A stretch of DNA of 64,000 nt from IMG/VR virus record IMGVR_UViG_3300047469_000103, positions 96,001-160,000 of that record. The stretch is one strand, 5' to 3'. Under the pieces are notes generated by a model. That model did no database searches. It worked only from the letters and a program-made list of their open reading frames with translations, and was not told where the DNA came from. This document shows, piece by piece, positions 45,320 to 53,665 of the stretch. This stretch comes from a virus. Lineage: Duplodnaviria > Caudoviricetes. The position numbers were made by a program, and so were the translations under genes. Within the stretch, counting starts at the first letter, position 1. The number at the start of each line of letters is the position of its first letter.

Positions 45320-45543
45320 TTCGACTGGCCCGGTTTGTAACCTTCTGGCAAATCATCCCACGCGAGAATTTCCACTTCTTCCCAATGGCCCATCCAATCT
45401 TGATACCAGCCAGTTTGGCGAGCGCCGTTCGGGTGTGTGAATTTCGCACGTTCAACTTCACCGTTTTTCAACGTCACCAGATACCAACCGTAATTCTCCG
45501 GCAACGTTTTTTCATACGGCATTTTCCAGTTTGCAATTGCCAT
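45316..45543 (-). CDS. DUF551-like small protein (75 aa)
   Basis: W....LPE..G.YLVT...G.V....F....W......V.AW..LPE; start 45543 (GGTG RBS). Confidence 0.75.
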   Translation of the reverse strand: MAIANWKMPYEKTLPENYGWYLVTLKNGEVERAKFTHPNGARQTGWYQDWMGHWEEVEILAWDDLPEGYKPGQSK

Positions 45544-45544
45544 G

Positions 45545-45757
45545 TCACCACCCTGAAATGATGTAGCAGTTATCGTCGAGTTTTGGTTCGACTTTAAACC
45601 CGCCCTTTTCCAAATCGTCAATCAGCGTTTGGTTGATCTTGTCAGCCTGCCACGCGATTTGTGATTTGCCACCGATGCCCGCCTCTTTCATGCGCTGGTA
45701 AAGATCGCGATAATTCGGGGACGATTTGATGCACGCTTTCAGTTCCACGAGAGTCAT
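45545..45757 (-). CDS. Hypothetical protein (70 aa)
   Basis: GAGGA RBS. Confidence 0.8.
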   Translation of the reverse strand: MTLVELKACIKSSPNYRDLYQRMKEAGIGGKSQIAWQADKINQTLIDDLEKGGFKVEPKLDDNCYIISGW

Positions 45758-45811
45758 AAAATGTCCTCTATCATTAGACCATCAAAAGTCTATGTAGTTC
45801 ATTTACAGTTT

Positions 45812-46558
45812 TTATTCGTACTGGATACCGTGAGCGTCCAGTACAGCTTTTACTTCGTTTAGTGCTTCCTGCCGTACCGATGCTTCCCGTGGCGTACTGC
45901 CGAGACTGTGCGCTACAGGAAGTTGCAGTTTTTTACGACCGAAGTTTTCGTCACGCTTGCCGACCATCGCGTGGTAAATAGCGTCAATCAGTTTCGGGTC
46001 GTTAAGGTCTTGACCACTTGCGTTTGCCAGTGCGTTAAAACCGGCTGTGCGCATTTCGTCAGTGACTTGGAAAGCAAACGGCGCATTCCATTCACGTTCA
46101 ACAATTGTCGCAGCGCTGTCGGTCAGGTGGCGCAGTTGTTCCGTGAGTTCGTAGGCTTTGTCTTCGATGCCTTTCATGGCATTTTCAAACAGAACTTTTG
46201 CTTGGCGTTTTACCGCCGCTTCGAAATCACTCAGGCCACTTTTCTGTGCGCGGTATTCCAGCATGCGACCGGAAAATTCCGAACACATGTCTTCCAGCGT
46301 TTCGATAAGAATCGGCACGTCGTTAAGCTGGATGGAAATGCGCAGTTTTTCCAAATCCCAATCGGGCCTTTCCGAAAGTTCTTTCAGCACGCCAGCTTTG
46401 ACGTAACCTAGCAGAATCACTTCCAGAAATTGCCGACCACCATCCGCAGCTTTGCGGTCGAGGTCACGCATTTTTACTTCTTCGTAAACAGGCACGTCAC
46501 GGATGAATTGATCGGTGTGTGCGCAGCCGTGAATCTTTGCTTTCAGTGGAGTCGTCAT
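45812..46558 (-). CDS. Mosaic hypothetical protein (248 aa)
   Basis: ATGA coupling. Confidence 0.8.
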   Translation of the reverse strand: MTTPLKAKIHGCAHTDQFIRDVPVYEEVKMRDLDRKAADGGRQFLEVILLGYVKAGVLKELSERPDWDLEKLRISIQLNDVPILIETLEDMCSEFSGRMLEYRAQKSGLSDFEAAVKRQAKVLFENAMKGIEDKAYELTEQLRHLTDSAATIVEREWNAPFAFQVTDEMRTAGFNALANASGQDLNDPKLIDAIYHAMVGKRDENFGRKKLQLPVAHSLGSTPREASVRQEALNEVKAVLDAHGIQYE

Positions 46559-46986
46559 GCTTTTTTCTCACGCACGTTAGTGACGATTTTCATCAGGCCC
46601 ATGAATTCGAAATTGGAATCCGATTCGCAGCGATAAACAATCAGTTTCCATTCCGGGTGCTGTTCGACATGTTCAAGCGCATCGAGCATCATTTTGTCGC
46701 CGGGAATGTACGGCCACGAATTGGAAAACTCGCCAGTTGCATTGTTGAACCAAACGGCTTTTTCGTCTGGCTGCAATTTCAGGTATTCCGACAAAGCACG
46801 CATCAAATTTTCGTAGCTTTCGTCATAGTCGATGTGCGTGTAACCGGGCGGCGGCTCTGTGCCTTTTGGGTGCGAACGCGGGAACCAGTAATCATGCTTG
46901 ATCGAACCGGGTGTGACTCCCGGTGATTCATATTCGTAGGCGTAGATAGGCACCAACGAACGCAACTTATCCCAATCAATTTTCAT
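46555..46986 (-). CDS. Hypothetical protein (143 aa)
   Basis: GAGGT RBS. Confidence 0.8.
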   Translation of the reverse strand: MKIDWDKLRSLVPIYAYEYESPGVTPGSIKHDYWFPRSHPKGTEPPPGYTHIDYDESYENLMRALSEYLKLQPDEKAVWFNNATGEFSNSWPYIPGDKMMLDALEHVEQHPEWKLIVYRCESDSNFEFMGLMKIVTNVREKKA

Positions 46987-46993
46987 GACAACC

Positions 46994-47698
46994 TCACGGA
47001 ATAAAAATGTTGGTGTTCAACCCGTGCTGTTCGATTTTCACAGCAGTGACCGGGTGAATCAAACCGAATGCTTCAGGGCGCAGACAGTCGAGGATTTGAC
47101 CGGCAACATATGCACGGTAAGTTTCCAGATTGTATTCGTCCAGTTTGTCAGCACCGGCCCACTGATTACGCACGTAACCGAACTCGTGTAGCATGCGGAT
47201 AAATTCCGCTTTATCCCACGTGACGCCCCGATTGTCGCTGGCGTCAGAAGCAATGCGCAGCAGTTCCCAAATGTTGCGTGCCAAATCGCCTTCCGGTTGG
47301 GTCAGACCGTCGCGTTTTTGTGCAGGGAAATCTTCGTTCAAATGCACAGTCAATTGCCACATAACTGCGTCCATGCGTTCTTGGTTTTTCACCAGACGCG
47401 CAGCGGATTCCGCAGCCTGTGCAATTCCTTCCGGTGACTTGCGATATTTCTCACTGGCTTCGTTCATCATCACTTTGAATTCGTCCCACACTTTATTCAC
47501 GTCGGAACCTTGCACGATTTCAACAGTGTGTTCATTGAATTTCAGCGTGGCGGAAATCGACGGACGCCCGTTAGAAGCACGGTCGTAATTGTGCAGTTTC
47601 AGGTATTCGATGATTTCGATAACTGTCGGACGAAAACTGTCGCCACCGCAAGCGTCGAAATGGTGAACATGTTCGTCTTTTTTGAATACGGTAGCCAT
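46994..47698 (-). CDS. Hypothetical protein (234 aa)
   Basis: TGATG coupling. Confidence 0.8.
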   Translation of the reverse strand: MATVFKKDEHVHHFDACGGDSFRPTVIEIIEYLKLHNYDRASNGRPSISATLKFNEHTVEIVQGSDVNKVWDEFKVMMNEASEKYRKSPEGIAQAAESAARLVKNQERMDAVMWQLTVHLNEDFPAQKRDGLTQPEGDLARNIWELLRIASDASDNRGVTWDKAEFIRMLHEFGYVRNQWAGADKLDEYNLETYRAYVAGQILDCLRPEAFGLIHPVTAVKIEQHGLNTNIFIP

Positions 47699-47922
47699 CA
47701 GCGTTTAATCCTTGCTTGTTGGAGAATTTGACCGGCTTCGTATTGCAGGTCTTCCCATTGGCGAGTCGCAGCGCGTTCGGCTTCGCTCAGTTGATTGTCA
47801 CCACCCAATTTAATGCGGCGGTTTTCTTGCGCGTCACGAATGCCCATCAGCGCTTGCGCAGCGAACGCGTAATTCGCTTCTGCAATTTTCAACGCGTTTT
47901 CTTGTTCCGTCGTCATGGTCAT
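47698..47922 (-). CDS. Hypothetical helical protein (74 aa)
   Basis: Start at ATGA junction 47922. Confidence 0.75.
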   Translation of the reverse strand: MTMTTEQENALKIAEANYAFAAQALMGIRDAQENRRIKLGGDNQLSEAERAATRQWEDLQYEAGQILQQARIKR

Positions 47923-48365
47923 TTCCACATGTAAGTTGCAGGATAAGAACCGGATGTTTTCTTGCCCAGTTCGTTTGCGTAGTACAGACGAATTGCATCG
48001 CAACGCCAATCCCACTGTTTATGCTTCAGCAGGTCGGCCAGAACTTTTTGCAGGAACGGCAGCAGCGAACCTTTGTCGTCGAAAAGGAAGTCGTGAATTT
48101 CCATTAAGCGTTCGTGTTCGTGTTGCTGATCGGGCGCCATCGCCTTCCATGTTGAAAGGTCGTAATAGGTGCGGTGCGGATCGTAGTTAAGTGGGAAATT
48201 CCCGTTTGCATCGAATGCACTTTCCAGCGCTTCCATAACCGGGTCGTAAACGGCCAGCATCATTTCCCGGTCGTACATAAAACCGTCGTCACGAATGCGC
48301 TCAGTTAATTCGCGAGTAATCGCTTTGAAATTGTTGTCGCGGCTGCGTTGCATTTTACGACTCAT
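47919..48365 (-). CDS. Hypothetical protein (148 aa)
   Basis: GGAGG RBS. Confidence 0.8.
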   Translation of the reverse strand: MSRKMQRSRDNNFKAITRELTERIRDDGFMYDREMMLAVYDPVMEALESAFDANGNFPLNYDPHRTYYDLSTWKAMAPDQQHEHERLMEIHDFLFDDKGSLLPFLQKVLADLLKHKQWDWRCDAIRLYYANELGKKTSGSYPATYMWK

Positions 48366-49030
48366 TTGTCATCCTCCGGCACTACGCCTTTGCGCAAATC
48401 ACGCGCAGCTTTGAACGTCTTGTGCATTTCATCAGACATGGTTCCGCATGCCCTGTGCAGGTCGTCGCTCATTGCAGACAAACCGTCAGACATGCGGCCA
48501 ACCGAATCGAAAATACTGTCGAATTGCTTTTGCATTTCCGGCGTCATGTTTCCGCTGGTGTACGTGTGCGTTTCTTTGTAGTGGTACGCCGCAGCTTCTT
48601 CGAGAATTTCTTCTTTTGTTTTCTCGCTCGCTTCTGGTTTCGGTTCTTCTTTTTCTTTCGGCCACACGCCGATGTGGAAAGCGAACGTAAGGAACTGGAA
48701 CACTAACACGCGCATCGTTTTCCCGCGCATGGTGCCTAGTTCGAAATATTGCGTACATTTACGCCCGTCGCGGTTGATGTAAAACAGCGGCGTCATGCTG
48801 AAACGAAAACGCATGTAGAACTTGCCGAGACGCAGCACGTAGGCCGGGTCGTCGTGCATCAGTCCAATGAGAAAAACAAAGCATTGCGAAATCAGGAAGA
48901 TCGAAAAGCCGATGTAGAAACTTTCATTGTCCCCACCAATTCCGAAAATCGGCAAGGAGATAAATGTGCCCGTGCAGAGAATCAGCAAAAGCACACTGGC
49001 GATTTGTCTTTCCGTTCGAATAATTGTCAT
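48362..49030 (-). CDS. Membrane protein (222 aa)
   Basis: Two N-terminal TMs; GAGG RBS. Confidence 0.8.
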   Translation of the reverse strand: MTIIRTERQIASVLLLILCTGTFISLPIFGIGGDNESFYIGFSIFLISQCFVFLIGLMHDDPAYVLRLGKFYMRFRFSMTPLFYINRDGRKCTQYFELGTMRGKTMRVLVFQFLTFAFHIGVWPKEKEEPKPEASEKTKEEILEEAAAYHYKETHTYTSGNMTPEMQKQFDSIFDSVGRMSDGLSAMSDDLHRACGTMSDEMHKTFKAARDLRKGVVPEDDK

Positions 49031-49037
49031 GTCTGCC

Positions 49038-49892
49038 TCACAGAGCCATGATGTTTAAAAAGTGGCTTTCGATAGTGGCGTTCATTACTTCACTGTCGCA
49101 CAAACCAAACGTAGAGTTTTGCAATTGTTCCAGCGCTTGAGCGTTCACCAGAACAACGTCGTGCATGCCGACAACCAGACACGTTAACGCGGCACCGTTG
49201 CAGTCGATAACAGCATCGGGCAAACCGACGAATACAGACGGACTCAACGGGATTCCTTTGTCGGGATAAACACGCGCTTTAATGTCGATTGTTACGGCGT
49301 GCGTAAAACCTTTCTTCCAGCTTTCGCTGCGTCGATGATTCAGCAGCAAATCAATCATGCAACGGCCCCGTAGGAGACGCACACGAGGTTGCACAACCGG
49401 GTGCAATGGTTTCTTTGTGACAAATACAAACTTCGCCGTGAAGCGCAGATGATAGCCCCGCTCCAGCATCACCAGACTGCACGCTGTATTGAATTCGTCG
49501 TTTGTGTTGGGCCAGATAGTGGCGATATTACGAAACGTCGCAGGCGACAGCACAAGGCCGTTCGGGGCAGCGCTTTTCATCAGGTCAACCAACCGGTCAC
49601 AAATGTTCCGAGTCAGCGCGGGCCACTGTGTTTTGTCCACGTCAATAATTGGAATTTGCGAAACCGTTACGCCGCCGATACCGAACGTGATTTTGTAGCC
49701 TTTGCTTTTCATCAGTTCGCGCATGGTGCGTTTGAATGCGTGGTCATGTTCGTAACCGGTAATGACTTTCGCCGCGACTGCATTGAAAAGCGTCAGCGGG
49801 AAATGATACGGCTTCATTCCGCGCTGTTTGATCGAGTTGATTAAATCCGCAGCAAGCTGTTTGTACTCGGGTGAAAAGTCGCACTTATTCAT
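49038..49892 (-). CDS. Protein with an internally duplicated ~65-aa domain
   Basis: F...M...GY.I.F....V.V repeated (FKRTMRELMKSKGYKITF / FNTACSLVMLERGYHLRF). Confidence 0.8.
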   Translation of the reverse strand: MNKCDFSPEYKQLAADLINSIKQRGMKPYHFPLTLFNAVAAKVITGYEHDHAFKRTMRELMKSKGYKITFGIGGVTVSQIPIIDVDKTQWPALTRNICDRLVDLMKSAAPNGLVLSPATFRNIATIWPNTNDEFNTACSLVMLERGYHLRFTAKFVFVTKKPLHPVVQPRVRLLRGRCMIDLLLNHRRSESWKKGFTHAVTIDIKARVYPDKGIPLSPSVFVGLPDAVIDCNGAALTCLVVGMHDVVLVNAQALEQLQNSTFGLCDSEVMNATIESHFLNIMAL

Positions 49893-50130
49893 CGAAAGTC
49901 CTTAGTTCATTTCCGTGGGTGTCCACGTGTGCTTCTTTACAGTAACGGTGAAAGCTGTCGCGGGCTTCTGCACTGCGTTTGTTTGCGTAGTCGGTGCCAA
50001 AGCGGGCAACCCAATCGTCGTAGATTTTCGTTCCGGGTTGACGGCGCAAATACGTGTCGCAATTATCGTGGAACTGCGCACGCAAGCGGCGGATTGCTTC
50101 AGCCTGTTTTTGTTTCTTGCTCTTCGCCAT
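49885..50130 (-). CDS. Hypothetical protein (81 aa)
   Basis: Start set at 50130 (GAGGG RBS). Confidence 0.75.
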   Translation of the reverse strand: MAKSKKQKQAEAIRRLRAQFHDNCDTYLRRQPGTKIYDDWVARFGTDYANKRSAEARDSFHRYCKEAHVDTHGNELRTFDE

Positions 50131-50440
50131 TGCCGTTCCCTCGGGTGAATTCAAATGTTGGTTCGATCAAACGCATCACCGCAACTTTCTGATTAAAACG
50201 TTCGGTGTAAACGTCCATGATTTCTTTGTGACGGATCGTGATTTTCTGAATCGCCCCGTTCACGTTTGCAGCGCTAGAGCCGCACTGTTCAAATGCGGCT
50301 TTCTGCGACATGCCGTCAACCATCACCAGATACGCGGCCCGTGTTGCTTTGTCTTCCATATTGCCGCGCATCTGTTTAACGATCAGTCGAAATTCTGCGT
50401 CCGACAAAGTGATGTGATCGTTACGGTTCCATCTAGCCAT
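50099..50440 (-). CDS. TrfB/KorA-like HTH transcriptional repressor
   Basis: LSDAEFRLI..MRG....AAYLVMVDGMSQKAA....G.SAANVNGAI matches TrfB/KorA pattern. Confidence 0.7.
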   Translation of the reverse strand: MARWNRNDHITLSDAEFRLIVKQMRGNMEDKATRAAYLVMVDGMSQKAAFEQCGSSAANVNGAIQKITIRHKEIMDVYTERFNQKVAVMRLIEPTFEFTRGNGNGEEQETKTG

Positions 50441-50876
50441 TCTTGAACTCCAACAAATTCATTAATTTCAAAAGCGTTTCGATATCTTTTATGCCCAGTT
50501 CCTGCACAGCTTTCATAGCGCGGTAATAGCGTTGCAGTTGCGCCGGGTCGAGCGATTCCAGAAAATCACGCACCTTCTTTTCTGACGTAACATTCTTTCG
50601 TAAAGTCTTTTCTTTCGGCGTCACCGGATCGAGCATGAAACAACATTCAGGCATCGTGATATGGTACGGGCGCTTTTCATTCCACGGCCTGTACTTATCG
50701 TTTTCGCCATCCAATTCATGCGCGGGACAAAGCACGTAACAACCGGCGTGATTCAACTCGGGTTCGACCACAAAAAGATGCTGGCCTGCATACTCGCTGA
50801 ATAAGTAGTGATCGCGCTTCATGCCCATTTGCATTGCGGATTTTATTAGAACGCGTGTTCCATGCTCAATGCTCAT
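50433..50876 (-). CDS. Hypothetical protein (147 aa)
   Basis: ATGA coupling. Confidence 0.8.
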   Translation of the reverse strand: MSIEHGTRVLIKSAMQMGMKRDHYLFSEYAGQHLFVVEPELNHAGCYVLCPAHELDGENDKYRPWNEKRPYHITMPECCFMLDPVTPKEKTLRKNVTSEKKVRDFLESLDPAQLQRYYRAMKAVQELGIKDIETLLKLMNLLEFKNG

Positions 50877-51169
50877 TTCTTTTTCCTCGGTTTCTTGTAA
50901 GGAACGTCAGCGGCACGACACAGAATTTTGTAGAGAGTGTCACCTTTTTTCAGAAGGCCCGCATCCAGAAGTAGTTGTGAATTTTCCACCAACTTCATTT
51001 CGAAAACGCCCACAGCCAAATCGCGACTGTGTTGGCGACGGCGTTTAATTCTTTCCAGTTCATTATCGGTTGAATCCAGAACCTTTTCCGCTGCTGTTTT
51101 TTCTCTGCGCCGTTCGCTGTACCCATAACTATTGGAACCGTTAAGAGCCATCGCGTGACGCATCATCAT
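50873..51169 (-). CDS. Hypothetical basic protein (98 aa)
   Basis: Start at ATGA junction 51169. Confidence 0.75.
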   Translation of the reverse strand: MMMRHAMALNGSNSYGYSERRREKTAAEKVLDSTDNELERIKRRRQHSRDLAVGVFEMKLVENSQLLLDAGLLKKGDTLYKILCRAADVPYKKPRKKK

Positions 51170-51579
51170 ACCGCCGAAGGAACCACCCACCATGTCACCT
51201 CTTTACGCGGATCGTTAATAGGATAAACAGTGCGATGTTCGGCAACCTGAATTGTCGGTTTTTCTATAACGCCACGCGCACGGTTTTTACGAAACCACAT
51301 TGTCGCTGCGCTGGTCACACGCCCGATATCGAGGCCGACAAAAGCAAGGTGCAGGCAAGCTTCGTCATCACGCGAATACGCACGAAACACCCCGATGCAA
51401 GCGCGGCCTTCGTATTGGCAAATCTGCCAGCCGCCTTCTGGATCGACCGCAATCAAATCCGGGTAAAGTGCTTCGTAAGTTTTCAGAAATTCTCCGACTT
51501 GCAATCCGCCGAATTCTTTCTTGATTACTTCGATGTGAAAATGTTGATGCGCGGAAAAAGCTTCGTAACCGAAATCCAT
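51166..51579 (-). CDS. Hypothetical protein (137 aa)
   Basis: GGGAG RBS. Confidence 0.8.
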   Translation of the reverse strand: MDFGYEAFSAHQHFHIEVIKKEFGGLQVGEFLKTYEALYPDLIAVDPEGGWQICQYEGRACIGVFRAYSRDDEACLHLAFVGLDIGRVTSAATMWFRKNRARGVIEKPTIQVAEHRTVYPINDPRKEVTWWVVPSAV

Positions 51580-52152
51580 TTAATTCTCCCCGTCAACGTG
51601 CGTCAGCACTGGCTTTGCAGAAACCCGGCGCTGCGTTTCGTAAATGTCTTCGAATTCCGACCAGTCGAGCGGATCGAGTTCTTGTTTCTCTTCGTTCCAT
51701 TTACCATCAAACGGACAATTAACAACCGTGGTCATCCACCAACCCACAGCAGGACTCGCTGACGGGTTTTTCATTTCTACATCTTTTGCTTTGTTTTCGA
51801 GGTGGCCCGCAATCATGAACCAGTGGAACGAGTGGCCGGGAATAGGCGGAAAATCAACGATGAATTTACGAATGTCTTGCGCAGCTTCCGCGTAGTCTTG
51901 TGCCATCAAAATAACTTTGTCGAACGTCATCATCAGCACGGCGCGATGGTGCTTTGCGATTGCGGGATTGTAGGCAAGCTTCCACAGGCGCGAAATGTCA
52001 GCGAGTTCCGAGTAACCGTATTCGCCAGCGCCCAAATAATGCTGCGCCATGCTGTTCCACACGGGGATCATTGCGCCGTAACTATTTTTCATTGCGATCA
52101 GAGTTTCGAAACGCTCACCGGGCCACACTTTCAACATTACACAATCAGTCAT
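51580..52152 (-). CDS. Hypothetical phage protein (190 aa)
   Basis: KNSYG....W..M...YL...LWKL..LMMTFD. Confidence 0.8.
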   Translation of the reverse strand: MTDCVMLKVWPGERFETLIAMKNSYGAMIPVWNSMAQHYLGAGEYGYSELADISRLWKLAYNPAIAKHHRAVLMMTFDKVILMAQDYAEAAQDIRKFIVDFPPIPGHSFHWFMIAGHLENKAKDVEMKNPSASPAVGWWMTTVVNCPFDGKWNEEKQELDPLDWSEFEDIYETQRRVSAKPVLTHVDGEN

Positions 52153-52153
52153 T

Positions 52154-52450
52154 TTATTTTCCGTCGTCGAAGGTTGTGGTCACGACCAGATAAGCGCCTT
52201 TCATTTCGGGAGATTTCGCTTTCGGTTTACCGTGAACGATTTCCCATTTGTGGTTTACTTCCGAAGCGGCGTCGGCTTCGAATTGCTTGGCGTATTTCTT
52301 TGCGTGGATTACATACAGCGCCTGCAATTGATCGTCGATGTTGAACTGCGTGTGGTACAGGGTTTCCGGTCGGCCTTCGTTGTCGAAGTTAACGCGGATT
52401 TCTGTGCTGGTGCGCATTTCGATAAAGCTTTGAACAGTTTGCATTGCCAT
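52154..52450 (-). CDS. Hypothetical protein (98 aa)
   Basis: GGAG RBS. Confidence 0.8.
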   Translation of the reverse strand: MAMQTVQSFIEMRTSTEIRVNFDNEGRPETLYHTQFNIDDQLQALYVIHAKKYAKQFEADAASEVNHKWEIVHGKPKAKSPEMKGAYLVVTTTFDDGK

Positions 52451-52475
52451 GAGTTTTTCTCCGGTCTGATTTCAC

Positions 52476-52503
52476 TCCAAAGCGCACTCGTGAGAATGCG
52501 CAG
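52476..52503 (-). repeat. Conserved intergenic hairpin, TCAC loop (copy 1 of 3)
   Basis: Minus strand CTGCGCATTC-TCAC-GAGTGCGCTTTGGA. Confidence 0.85.
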
Positions 52504-52508
52504 GAAAG

Positions 52509-52619
52509 TTAATCGTCTTCGCCCGTGTCTGGAATGTCACCGCTTTCGTCTTGTTCGCAGTCTTCGCATTCAACTTCTTCGCGGTCTATTCCGTGTGGAC
52601 ACCAAATCGAATCTTCCAT
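52509..52619 (-). CDS. Acidic Cys/His microprotein (36 aa), one CxHG..CxxC repeat; not in ORF track
   Basis: MEDSIWCPHGIDREEVECEDCEQDESGDIPDTGEDD; GAGGA RBS. Confidence 0.75.
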   Translation of the reverse strand: MEDSIWCPHGIDREEVECEDCEQDESGDIPDTGEDD

Positions 52620-52629
52620 CTTTTATTCC

Positions 52630-52968
52630 TCAGTCGTGGAAGTGTCGCCATTCAGCCGCTTCAAGTCCGCGCTGATAGGATTCGTCCAGCGCCGCGCCGC
52701 ACTCCATACATTCGTCGGCGGGCATGTCGTGCATGCAGTAATCGCCGCTGTCGCATTCGGCTTCTAAACGCGCCTCGTGTTCGTCGTCGCACGCGTCACA
52801 TTCACCAACTACGTGATGCTTGCAGGCCCGTGCAATTTCAGGCGGCGTGCAAATTTCGCAGTGCAGGTAATGCACACCATGTCCGCAAATATCGTCGCCC
52901 GGTTCCATGTCGCAAATGTCGCAGTTACCGCACGGTTCTTCGTTGGTGCATTTAGCAAATTCCATCAA
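52630..52968 (-). CDS. Cys/His-rich acidic repeat protein (metallothionein-like)
   Basis: Three CxH-x4-6-CxxC units plus an N-terminal C..CxxCxxC; GAGGA RBS. Confidence 0.8.
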   Translation of the reverse strand: MMEFAKCTNEEPCGNCDICDMEPGDDICGHGVHYLHCEICTPPEIARACKHHVVGECDACDDEHEARLEAECDSGDYCMHDMPADECMECGAALDESYQRGLEAAEWRHFHD

Positions 52969-53251
52969 CCTTTTCCTCGCTGCCTTTTCTCTTTTTCAAA
53001 ATGAAGTAATCGTGAAACATGATTGAGCTAATCATACCACCAGCAGCCGCGAAGCCCGAAACAAACGCGTACCAGTAATTGCCGTCGATGATGATTTTTG
53101 CGTAGCCACCAATCAACAGCAATTCCATGACGTTCATCACGTAAGACGTGCCCGCGATATGCCAGCGCAAATCATGATTCACATTCTTGTGCTGGAAACC
53201 TTTAACGAAAACCGAAATAAAGGTTCCAGCGAATGCGAGCGCGAAAATCAT
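52952..53251 (-). CDS. Three-TM membrane protein (GFQxKxV family), paralogue of 20448..20828
   Basis: VFVKGFQHKNV...VMNVMELL...GFAAAGGMISSIMFHD. Confidence 0.8.
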   Translation of the reverse strand: MIFALAFAGTFISVFVKGFQHKNVNHDLRWHIAGTSYVMNVMELLLIGGYAKIIIDGNYWYAFVSGFAAAGGMISSIMFHDYFILKKRKGSEEKVDGIC

Positions 53252-53460
53252 TTACCGCGAAGCTCGTTATAAACTTTGACGTACTCGTGGTGCAGAAGCA
53301 CAAGCTGATTTTGCAGGTCGTGTTCTTCTTCCGTCAGTTTATATTCGACGGCGTAAAAAGCTTTGCGACGATCAGACGCCACCTTCAGCGCTTCGATCAT
53401 TTCGTAAGCGAACCTTACGTTGCCTTCGGCTTGGCGCAAGGCCAGTTCATGCGGAGACAT
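53248..53460 (-). CDS. Small helical protein (70 aa)
   Basis: GAGGT RBS. Confidence 0.75.
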   Translation of the reverse strand: MSPHELALRQAEGNVRFAYEMIEALKVASDRRKAFYAVEYKLTEEEHDLQNQLVLLHHEYVKVYNELRGK

Positions 53461-53665
53461 TGCAACCTCTCAATTCCAGTTTGTTTGCGGCCTTCTTGAA
53501 CGACTTCACAGCGTTATTCAACGTGACGCGGTGCAAGTGTTGCGGTTCGACAAGTTCGTGACCTTTAGCGGCCTTGTAGGCGTGCTGGTACGACTCTTTT
53601 ACAGTATCGCGCACAGATTGCAGGGCGAAACCGTTGAAGCTCGAAACGTCGTTGGCAATGTTCAT
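53447..53665 (-). CDS. Hypothetical protein (72 aa)
   Basis: Start at ATGA junction 53665. Confidence 0.7.
   Translation of the reverse strand: MNIANDVSSFNGFALQSVRDTVKESYQHAYKAAKGHELVEPQHLHRVTLNNAVKSFKKAANKLELRGCNVSA

Noticed and set aside
45770-45805. Six-codon ORF MNYIDF in an intergenic spacer
   Set aside because: No RBS support and too short to distinguish from chance.
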